Notes under the pieces: generated by a model | What the model was told of the DNA's origin: nothing | Database searches by the model: none | The model's input: only the letters and a program-made list of their open reading frames with translations | Made by a program: the position numbers and the translations under genes | Virus record (IMG/VR): IMGVR_UViG_3300034151_000114 | Location: 7,634 to 71,633 of that record | Reading direction: 5' to 3' (one strand) | Source: a virus | Lineage: Duplodnaviria; Caudoviricetes | DNA: 64,000 nucleotides | Shown: positions 42,975 through 50,906 of the stretch, piece after piece | Position numbering within the stretch: position 1 is the first letter of the stretch | Layout: the number at the start of each line of letters is the position of its first letter

Positions 42975-43039
42975 GAGCCGAGCCTAATCGAGGCTCAGGG
43001 AGCGCCGATTCACAGCCCCGATGTGATATCTTCGCCGCC

Positions 43040-44041
43040 GTGGCACTCCGGATCGCCATCATCGCCAACTTCCAGGTCGCCTGGTCGACCGGGAACGACC
43101 TCTCCGACACTCTTCAGCGCATGGGGGTGGTCGTCGAGGGGATCCATGAGGCCGACGAGGACGCCTGGAGCTGTCTGATCGCCCGGATGAGAGGCTCGGA
43201 GGCCCCCGATGCCGTGATCTGGAACCGCACACCCGCCTACGCCCGCCAGATCGGGCGCGAGATGCAGTTCCTGATGCTCAAAACGGCCCGCGACGCCGAG
43301 ATCCCGACCATCGCGTACCACCTGGACCGGTTCTGGGGCCTCAATCGGGAGAACGAGGTCAGCGAGGAGCCCTTCTTCCGCTGTGACTACTGTTTCACGG
43401 CCGATGGGCACGACCCCGAGCGCTGGAAGGACCTCGGGATCAACCATTTCTGGCTCCCACCGGCCATCGCCCCCCGCCACGCCTTCATCGGGCTCCCCGA
43501 GCCCCGATTTCGGGCCTCGGTGGCCTTCATCGGGACCCAATGGGGCTACCACGGCGAATGGGGGCACCGGGTCGAGCTGATCCGCTGGCTCAGGCGCTAT
43601 TTCGGGCGCGAAGTGCTGTTCCTGCCGAACCGGAACATGGGGACGCGCCGCGGCCTGCAGCTCAACAACGTCGTCGCTGGCGTGAAGGTGATCGTCGGGG
43701 ACTCCTGCCTCGTCGAAGTCGACGGCAAGCCCTACGAGAGGTACTGCTCGGACCGGGTCTTCGAGATCCCCGGGCGGGGAGGGTTCCTCGTGCACCCGTA
43801 CGTCGAGGGGGTCATCCCCCGCAGCGGGCCGGGAGACGAGTGGGGCATGATCCCCGGCAAGCATCTCGAAGCGTTCGAGCTGGGCGACTTCAAGAGGATG
43901 CGCGACGTCGTCCAGCACTACCTCGACCACGATGACGAGCGGACCACGATCGCCAAACAGGGGTTCGAGCACGTCATCGAGAACCATTCGTACGCGAACA
44001 GGTTGCGCCAGGCGTTCGACATCGCCGGGCTCCCGCTGTAG
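43040..44041 (+). CDS. glycosyltransferase (CgeB / Glyco_trans_1_2-like)
   Basis: YHLD.FWG, F...D..FTADG, WLPPA, VAF.G, SDRVFE..G.GGFL..P. Leaderless promoter. Confidence 0.85.
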   Translation: MALRIAIIANFQVAWSTGNDLSDTLQRMGVVVEGIHEADEDAWSCLIARMRGSEAPDAVIWNRTPAYARQIGREMQFLMLKTARDAEIPTIAYHLDRFWGLNRENEVSEEPFFRCDYCFTADGHDPERWKDLGINHFWLPPAIAPRHAFIGLPEPRFRASVAFIGTQWGYHGEWGHRVELIRWLRRYFGREVLFLPNRNMGTRRGLQLNNVVAGVKVIVGDSCLVEVDGKPYERYCSDRVFEIPGRGGFLVHPYVEGVIPRSGPGDEWGMIPGKHLEAFELGDFKRMRDVVQHYLDHDDERTTIAKQGFEHVIENHSYANRLRQAFDIAGLPL

Positions 44042-44050
44042 AGGAGAACC

Positions 44051-44887
44051 ATGCAGGAAATAGAGAGCACGGTCGTCGAGATCCATCTCGGCGGGCCGAC
44101 CGCCTACACCGACTACCCGGACATCCCCGAGCGGTTCGCCCGCGACTTCAAGATCCACGTCTACGCCGACCGTCTGGAGAAGCCGGGGCTGCTGCACTCC
44201 AGCATCGATGCGGACCCGGCCGATGGCGAGTTGGTCTCCAACGCCATCCGCGACCTCGGCGTGTGGGAGGTGGTCGAGAGCATCACCATGATGTCCGCCT
44301 TCGCCGGGGCGCCCGAGGGGACCAGGTTCATCGACTTCGGGTGTCACGTCGGCTGGTTCAGTCTCCTCGCCCTCAGCTTCGGGATCGAGACGATCGCCAT
44401 CGACGGGGACCCGCGGATGCTTGAACTGCTCTCGCGGTCCCGCATCGAGAACGGCTTCAAGATGGCGCCCGCCAAGGGCGGCCTGCACCTCCGCCACGCC
44501 GTGATCGACGAGAACTGGAAGGGGCTCCAGACCAAGGCCGACAACCTGATCGTCAAGATGGACATCGAAGGGGCCGAGCTGCACGCCTACGCCAAGATGG
44601 CCCAATACTTCGCCGAGCGGAAGGTGAGCCACTGCCTGATGGAGGTGAGCCCGTGCTTCGAGGACTACTACCCGAAGCTGGTCGGCGAGATCATCGACCA
44701 CGGGTACGAGGCGTTCGTGATGCCCGAGAAGCGCTCGGTCCCGCGGACCTGGATGGAGACCAAGAGGTTCCTACGGGTCAACTGCCGACCGCTCCACACG
44801 CTGTGGCGCCCAGACGTGGAGCACTGGATCTCTCAGCAGCACCAGATCGACGTCATCTTCGTCCGGCCCGGGGCAGCGTGGGGATGA
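44051..44887 (+). CDS. FkbM-family methyltransferase
   Basis: GVWE..E, FIDFGCHVGWFSLLA, VKMDIEGAE. Confidence 0.85.
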   Translation: MQEIESTVVEIHLGGPTAYTDYPDIPERFARDFKIHVYADRLEKPGLLHSSIDADPADGELVSNAIRDLGVWEVVESITMMSAFAGAPEGTRFIDFGCHVGWFSLLALSFGIETIAIDGDPRMLELLSRSRIENGFKMAPAKGGLHLRHAVIDENWKGLQTKADNLIVKMDIEGAELHAYAKMAQYFAERKVSHCLMEVSPCFEDYYPKLVGEIIDHGYEAFVMPEKRSVPRTWMETKRFLRVNCRPLHTLWRPDVEHWISQQHQIDVIFVRPGAAWG

Positions 44888-45894
44888 AGCGTGTCGGCCT
44901 GATCGCCCGCTGCACGTCGTCTGGCTTAGGGCATCTGTCCAAGAGCCTCTACGACAACTACCCGATCTTCAGCGTCCTGTGCATCACCGACGCTGACCCC
45001 CGGTACAAGGACCACATCGACTGGTTCCCCGATGCCACCTTCGTGCGGTGGGCCGACATGCCCAACTTCCCGTTCGCCCGGTTCCTGAGCGAGATCGACG
45101 TCCTGTTCTGCTACGAGATCTTCTACGACCGCAAGCTCCTCGACACGGCGCGACGGATGGGGGTCAGAACGGTGCTCATGGGGATGCCCGAGCTGACCCG
45201 GCGCAAAGGGCACCAAGGGTTCATCGGCGACCCCGACGAGTACGTCTGGCCGACCATGTGGCTCAAGCCCGAGGGCGAGCGGCGGCTGCCGGTCCCGGTG
45301 CAGACGATCGAGGATGTCTCGGTGCCGTCCGGCGAGGGACCCCTGCGGATCGTCCATGTCGCAGGGGCCCCCGCCATCGGCGATCGTAACGGGACCCGGA
45401 TCTTCATGGAAGCACTCAAGCTCGTGAGATCCGAGGTGCACGTGCGGGTCTGCGTCAACGGCCCGTACGAGCCGATCCTGGCCGGGATCCCGCCCAACGT
45501 GGAGATCGAGGTCCGGCGCGACGTCTCGGAGCCGTTCTGGTTGTACGCCGACGCTCACGTGCTGATGATGCCCCGCCGCTACGGCGGGCTGTGTCTCCCG
45601 GCGCACGAGGCGATGGGGTACGGGCTCGTCGTCTACATGACCGACTACGTGATCGGGACCGGAGACTACGACGCTGCCCTGATGCTCGAATCCGAGCCCT
45701 GGGGAAGACAGAACACCCCGATCGGGTCGGTCCGGACCCACATCGTCGCTCCCGAGACGGTGGCCGACACGATCGACCTGTTCGCCCCGAGGCAGCACCT
45801 TCTGAAGCGAGCGAAGGATGGGGCGCTCGCCTGGGCTCAGGAACACTCCTGGGCGAACCTCAAGCCACGGTACGACGAAGTGCTCCAGGCGTGA
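44884..45894 (+). CDS. GT-B glycosyltransferase (GT4-like)
   Basis: SGLG.LS, IDVLFCYE, LY.DA.VL.MPRRYGGLCLPA.EAM..G..V.MTD. Confidence 0.85.
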   Translation: MKRVGLIARCTSSGLGHLSKSLYDNYPIFSVLCITDADPRYKDHIDWFPDATFVRWADMPNFPFARFLSEIDVLFCYEIFYDRKLLDTARRMGVRTVLMGMPELTRRKGHQGFIGDPDEYVWPTMWLKPEGERRLPVPVQTIEDVSVPSGEGPLRIVHVAGAPAIGDRNGTRIFMEALKLVRSEVHVRVCVNGPYEPILAGIPPNVEIEVRRDVSEPFWLYADAHVLMMPRRYGGLCLPAHEAMGYGLVVYMTDYVIGTGDYDAALMLESEPWGRQNTPIGSVRTHIVAPETVADTIDLFAPRQHLLKRAKDGALAWAQEHSWANLKPRYDEVLQA

Positions 45895-46328
45895 TCCACG
45901 CCATCTACAGCCAGCCCAACGTCTGGGACCGGTTCTGGGCGAAGGTTGAGGTCGGTCTGTGCTGGGAGTGGACCGCTGCGACCAACGGATGCGGCTATGG
46001 CTGGTTCCGCTTCGAGGGCCGCGGTCGCTTGGCCCATCGGCTCGCCTGGGAGATACTGGTCGGTCCGATCCCCGAGGGGTACGACATCGACCACCTCTGC
46101 CGCAACACGCTGTGTGTCAACCCGGATCACCTGGAGCCCGTTACCCGTTCGGAGAATCTGAAGCGCGGGCATCTGCCAGGTGGTAGCGCCAACAAGGCGA
46201 AGGCCCATTGCTTGCGTGGTCACCCATTCGATGCCGCCAACACGTACGTCCATCGGGGTAAGCGTCACTGCAAGGCATGTCAACGTCGCAGGAATCAGGA
46301 GATTCGTGCGAGGAAGGGAGGATCATGA
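45891..46328 (+). CDS. HNH endonuclease
   Basis: RFW.KV...CWEW.A...GYG.F...LAHR.AWE...GPIP.G..IDHLC.N..CVNP.HLE.VT..EN, then HC.RGH. Confidence 0.93.
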   Translation: MIHAIYSQPNVWDRFWAKVEVGLCWEWTAATNGCGYGWFRFEGRGRLAHRLAWEILVGPIPEGYDIDHLCRNTLCVNPDHLEPVTRSENLKRGHLPGGSANKAKAHCLRGHPFDAANTYVHRGKRHCKACQRRRNQEIRARKGGS

Positions 46329-47243
46329 AGCTGCACGCCCTGTCGTCGCAGCCCCAGTTTCTGGAGACACGTCCGGCCGATCTTCGAGGCGCTCCCCGAT
46401 GACCTCCGTGGGGAGCGCCTCGAACCCCCCTGTAGGGTCCGGCGCTACCCGCCCGAGGACGTCTTCCTGGTCGGCGGGTACGGCAACATCGTCACCGCCG
46501 GGGCTCACCGCGTGATCTACGTGGAGCACGGGGCCGGTCAGACCTACAAGATGGTCAAGCCCCGCATCGCCGCCCACTACCCCGGGGGCCCGCACCCGGA
46601 CAACGTGATCGGCTACATCTGCCCGAACGAGATCGTGGCCAAGTCCTGGGACCGTCCAGCGGTCGCCGTCGGATGCCCAGCCCTGGACGGGGCCGAGCCA
46701 GGGGTCGGCAGGCACGTCGTGATCACGTTCCACTGGGACGCCCCGGCCGTCTGTCCCGAGGCCCGCTCGGCTCGTCCGCACTACATCGAGGATCTCCACT
46801 GTCTGATCCCCTGGGTGAACGACGCTGGCCTTGAGCTGCTCGGGCACGCCCACCCGCGCGACACCGTCGCCAAAGGGATCTGGCGCAAACTGGGGGTCCC
46901 CTTCGAGCCCGACCCTGACGTGGCGCTGCACAAGGCCTCACTGGTGATCGCCGACAACACCAGCTTCGCCTACGAGGCGGCGAACCTGGAGATCCCCAAC
47001 GTCGCTCTCAACGCCCCGTGGTACCGCCGCGACGTGGAGCACGGGCTGCGGTTCTGGGAGCATCCGCCGGGGCTGATGGTCGACGACATCTGGGGCATCC
47101 TCGCTCATGACGTCGACCACTTCCTGTGGGACTCCGAGAACCGCTGGGTCCGTGAGGCTGCGGCCGAGCGGGCCTACAGCCACCGTCCCGACACGGGAGG
47201 GACGGATCTGGCGGTCGAGTTCGTCATGGACCTCGTGCGGTAA
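46325..47243 (+). pseudogene. GT-B/TagF-like glycosyltransferase with an apparent +1 frameshift near codon 10-14
   Basis: The ATG 46325 frame stops at about 46402. The +1 frame is open from 46329 with HVRPIFEALP...VIYVEHGAGQTY...HPR...DNTSFAYEAA and has no start codon until 46512. Confidence 0.6.
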
Positions 47244-47252
47244 CGTTCGAGC

Positions 47253-47990
47253 GTGGTCTTGAACTTCGCCTGCACGCCAGCGTTGACCGAGGCCGAGGTC
47301 GACCTGTCCGAGTGCGAATGCGAGGTGACCAGCCTCACCGTCGACATCGCCGATCTCATCGGCGCAGCCTCCGACGCCCTGTACGTCCTGACCGGCGGGC
47401 TCGCCTCGGGCCTGTGCTCGTTCACGGTCCGCCCGTGCTGGGACGGGCCCTGGTGCGTCTGCGGGCGCGGGCGGGGCTGTCGGTCGTGCGCGATCCCGGG
47501 GATCCCTCTCAAGGGGATCCGCCCGGTGGTGACCCAGGTCAAGATCGACGGCGTCGTCGTCCCGGCGACCGACTATGTCTTGATCGACGGGTACAAGCTG
47601 GTCCGCGTCGATGGGACCGGTTGGCCCGCCTCCAAGAACGCACTCCTGCCCGACACCGAGGACGACACGTTCTCGGTCACCATCACGCACGGGCTCGACT
47701 GGGACTTCCTCGCCAAGATGGCGGCCAACGAGCTGGTCTGCGAGATGGTTCTCGTCCTCACCGGATCCGAGACGCGCCTGCCCAAGGGGGCCGTCTCCTA
47801 CACGGCTGACGGGGTCCAGATCGTCGTCGGGCGCCTGCCCGGTCAGGAGGAGATCCAGGCGGTCGGGCTGACCTGGCTCGGCAAGTTCCTGGCCCTGTAC
47901 GGCAACGCCGTCATGTCGCAGTTGCTCAGCCCCGAGCTGCGCGAGGGCTGGACTCTCCACCACGTCGAGTTCTACCCGGTCGTCCCGTGA
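47253..47990 (+). CDS. head-to-tail adaptor
   Basis: AAS..LY.LTG...C..TVRPC, V..VKIDG, ELVCE...LP...VS....GV. Confidence 0.75.
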   Translation: MVLNFACTPALTEAEVDLSECECEVTSLTVDIADLIGAASDALYVLTGGLASGLCSFTVRPCWDGPWCVCGRGRGCRSCAIPGIPLKGIRPVVTQVKIDGVVVPATDYVLIDGYKLVRVDGTGWPASKNALLPDTEDDTFSVTITHGLDWDFLAKMAANELVCEMVLVLTGSETRLPKGAVSYTADGVQIVVGRLPGQEEIQAVGLTWLGKFLALYGNAVMSQLLSPELREGWTLHHVEFYPVVP

Positions 47991-48340
47991 CGGGTCTGCA
48001 ACGCACGACACCTCTCGTTCGCAAGACCCCGCTCAAGACCCGCAAGATCACCCCTGAGCAGAGGCGGGCGTGGAATGATCCTCCGCCTCCGAACAGGAAG
48101 CGGGCCAAGAAGACGCCGGGGGTGCGAGCCATCGTCCGGCGCCGCTCGCAAGGAGTCTGCGAGCGGTGCCGGGCGGCCGAGGCCACCCAGTTCCATCACC
48201 GCAAGATGCGGTCCCAGGGCGGCCCGGACACCGAGATCAACCTGGCCCACCTCTGTTGGTCGTGCCACCACTGGGCCCATCACGCTGGCGAAGAGGCGTA
48301 CGAGAGCGGCTGGCTGGTCAGGAGCTACGAGGAGCCGTAG
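47987..48340 (+). CDS. HNH endonuclease
   Basis: V.RRSQG.CERC...AT..HHR..RSQGG.D...NL..LC..CH.W.H. Confidence 0.9.
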   Translation: MTGLQRTTPLVRKTPLKTRKITPEQRRAWNDPPPPNRKRAKKTPGVRAIVRRRSQGVCERCRAAEATQFHHRKMRSQGGPDTEINLAHLCWSCHHWAHHAGEEAYESGWLVRSYEEP

Positions 48341-48375
48341 CACCGAGACAATCAGCGGCCCGGTTCGCAAAGATG
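48337..48375 (+). promoter_or_regulatory. 39-bp element upstream of the major tail gene
   Basis: 34/39 identical to 40242-40280. Confidence 0.75.
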
Positions 48376-48409
48376 GCCCCCAGTAGGTCATAGCGAAAGG
48401 ACCACTCAC

Positions 48410-49126
48410 ATGGCTCTTCCAGGCGACGTTTGCATCGGTCAACGGAACGTCTGTCTCTTCCGGGCGGCCCTGCTCGACACGGACTGCTCCCCTCTCGGTG
48501 GCGCCGACTCGGGCATCGTGACCGTCGGTCTCGTCACCATGACCGCATCGCCGGAGGTCGAGGAAGGGACCGTCGCCGAACCCAAGAACGGGTGCGGCAC
48601 CATCCTCTATACGGTCTCGGACCCCGACGTCATCAAGCGGTACAACCTGACCGGCGAGTTCGCTCTCCACGACCTAGAGATGGAGTACATCCTCTTCGGT
48701 GGGACCGTCGTCGAAGGCAAGACCGCTGGGCCCAACGACGGAGAGACGATCGGCTGGGCCTCCCCCGGTCCCGACAGCACGCCCAACGACGGCGTGTACC
48801 TGGAGGTCATCGTCCAGAACGTCGGGCAGGGGTTCGGCGACTGCGGCGGCGGCGCTGGCGGGTTCCTGCCCTACACCGGGTTCGTCTTCGGCAAGACCAA
48901 GCTGACCCCTGGGGACCGGACCTTCGAGAACGACGTGGCCAACGTCGCCTTCACCGGCAAGGCCTTCCAGAACCCGTCCCTGTACAACGGTCCGTGGAAC
49001 GACTGGCCGGGCCAGGGATACATCCCGACCTCGCCGAAGGTCGAGATCCAGTACACCCAGGCCCAGTACGACGCCATGCTCGCCGTCGCCGGATGTGGCT
49101 GGCAAACTTTGCCAGCGGGCTCGTGA
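48410..49126 (+). CDS. major tail protein
   Basis: R...LD..C.P, GLV...SPE.EEG....KNGCG, followed by a terminator. Position before the chaperone and tape measure genes. Confidence 0.8.
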   Translation: MALPGDVCIGQRNVCLFRAALLDTDCSPLGGADSGIVTVGLVTMTASPEVEEGTVAEPKNGCGTILYTVSDPDVIKRYNLTGEFALHDLEMEYILFGGTVVEGKTAGPNDGETIGWASPGPDSTPNDGVYLEVIVQNVGQGFGDCGGGAGGFLPYTGFVFGKTKLTPGDRTFENDVANVAFTGKAFQNPSLYNGPWNDWPGQGYIPTSPKVEIQYTQAQYDAMLAVAGCGWQTLPAGS

Positions 49127-49146
49127 CCTGATCGACACACCCTGAG

Positions 49147-49180
49147 AACCGCCCCCGGGACCCACCTCCCGGGGGCGGTT
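49147..49180 (+). terminator. hairpin after the major tail gene
   Basis: aaccgcccccggga/tcccgggggcggtt. Confidence 0.8.
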
Positions 49181-49205
49181 GCGCGTCATGGCGTAGGCTG
49201 CGGGC

Positions 49206-49751
49206 GTGCTGCCGGTCTTCTGTGTAGGTGTCGACACGCCCGAGCCGTGCTGCGACAGCCTGTACACAGCGGCCGACGCCCTCCTCACCGTCGCCTACGC
49301 CGCTCTCGTGGAATGCGCCGGGGAAGAGCTGTGCTCGACCGTGCAGAGCTTCGTGGCGGCAGCAGACCCGCACCTGGCGATGCAGGACTACGTCGCCGTG
49401 TGGTACACCGAGGCGACCCTCTCCCCCCGTTCGAACCGCACCGACCAGCTCAAGACGCTGCTGGTGCAGCAGCCGGAGGTCACGTTCACCGTCAAGGTCT
49501 CCGAGAGCGGGTACCCGACCGGCGAGCAGGTCGGGACCGAGATCGGCGAGCCGAGCGCCGACGAGCTGGACTGGGCGGGCAAGCACGCCCTCGGACACGC
49601 CGAATCCGTCTACCGGGCCGTGCTCGACTCCGTGCGGGGTTCCCACGTCTGCGGCACCCTCAAGGCGATCGGGCCCCTGCGCCCGATCGGGCCCTCGGGG
49701 GGCGTGATCGGGTTCGCCTTCGCCATCACCACAGAGATCGCCTGGACCTGA
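49206..49751 (+). CDS. putative tail terminator/neck protein
   Basis: Synteny, P.GP.GG..G motif, and TAGGCT 6 nt before GTG. Confidence 0.6.
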   Translation: MLPVFCVGVDTPEPCCDSLYTAADALLTVAYAALVECAGEELCSTVQSFVAAADPHLAMQDYVAVWYTEATLSPRSNRTDQLKTLLVQQPEVTFTVKVSESGYPTGEQVGTEIGEPSADELDWAGKHALGHAESVYRAVLDSVRGSHVCGTLKAIGPLRPIGPSGGVIGFAFAITTEIAWT

Positions 49752-50194
49752 TGCCCGTCCTGACGGCGACAGCGCGCCTGGACATGCGCGACATGGCCCG
49801 GATGATCGAACGGCGCACGGCACCCCGGATCGCTCTGCGGGCTCAGCTCCTCGGGGTCCAGATGGAGAAGATCATCGCCCAGATGATCGACGGAGAGCTG
49901 GGACCAAGCTCGGGGCGGGCCGGGAAGCGGGGGATGGTCCCGATGCGCTCGATCAACTGGACCCACAAGGTCGACAACCCCGGGCACCTCCCGATCAGCG
50001 TGACCATGTTCTCCACCGACCTCGACGGTCCGACCGGGGCCAAGTTCGGTGCCCTCAACTACGGCTGGCAGCACACCCACACCGGGCGTCCGCTGCGTCC
50101 GGGCGAGACCCGTACCGGCGGGTACGGCGGCAGGCAGTGGCTCAAGCGCACCGCCGTCGTGGCCCGCGGCCGCGCCGGGGCGCGATTTATCTAG
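49751..50194 (+). CDS. putative neck (HK97 gp10-like) protein
   Basis: Basic protein, synteny, TGATG coupling. Confidence 0.5.
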   Translation: MPVLTATARLDMRDMARMIERRTAPRIALRAQLLGVQMEKIIAQMIDGELGPSSGRAGKRGMVPMRSINWTHKVDNPGHLPISVTMFSTDLDGPTGAKFGALNYGWQHTHTGRPLRPGETRTGGYGGRQWLKRTAVVARGRAGARFI

Positions 50195-50216
50195 CGCTCT
50201 GTGATATCTTGACGCC

Positions 50217-50597
50217 ATGCCGCCAGCGAAGAAAGCCGAAGTCACCCTCTATGAGGAAGACGAGGGCCAAGAGTTCGTCGAGGTCAAACTGACCAAGCTG
50301 GGGAACGAGAAGTTCCTCGTGCACAAGTCGACGAATATGTTCAACCTCCTCGGGGTCTTCGACGAGGAGTCCCCGGCGAACCTGCCGAGGTACCTCATCA
50401 ACGTGACGGCCGCGCGCGACCGGGTCCGGCTGAAGACGGCGCTCGCCCAACAGGGCGAGCTGACCATCGACGACCTGTTCCTGATCTTCGGTGAGATCAC
50501 GGAGGCGCAAGCAGACGGGCGCCCTACGGTGTCGTTGTCCGCATCGCCCAATGGCTCTCCCAAGAGAGCGGCCTCTACGCGTTCCGCGGGTACCTGA
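50217..50597 (+). CDS. tail assembly chaperone (G)
   Basis: Upstream of the tape measure gene. Ends GRPT..S.S..G...ST.SA.T. Confidence 0.75.
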   Translation: MPPAKKAEVTLYEEDEGQEFVEVKLTKLGNEKFLVHKSTNMFNLLGVFDEESPANLPRYLINVTAARDRVRLKTALAQQGELTIDDLFLIFGEITEAQADGRPTVSLSASPNGSPKRAASTRSAGT

Positions 50598-50896
50598 TCG
50601 CCCGGGGCATCGACCCCGATCGCATCTCGGTTGCCGACTGGGTCGACGTCGCCTGGGCGCACATGCTCGACCAGATGCCGATGATGGCCGAGCCCGGCCG
50701 CTGGCGCACGATGCTGTACGAAGTCTTCTGGCTCGGCAAGGAACCGACCCTCACGGCCGAGGAGCGCAAGGCGGCAGCGCAGCGCAAGACCGAGGAGACC
50801 CGCAAGATGATCGGGACCCCGCTGAAGCGCTCCGAACTGGACGCCATGCAGGCGATGATCCAGAGAGCCCAGGAGTTGAGGGGGGAGAAGAACTAG
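50522..50896 (+). CDS. tail assembly chaperone extension (T), probably reached by a -1 frameshift
   Basis: The -1 frame is open 50495-50896 (PYGVVVRIAQW...GYLIARGIDP) and has no start codon until 50663. Confidence 0.65.
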   Translation, partial: PYGVVVRIAQWLSQESGLYAFRGYLIARGIDPDRISVADWVDVAWAHMLDQMPMMAEPGRWRTMLYEVFWLGKEPTLTAEERKAAAQRKTEETRKMIGTPLKRSELDAMQAMIQRAQELRGEKN

Positions 50897-50906
50897 CCTT
50901 CGCCGC

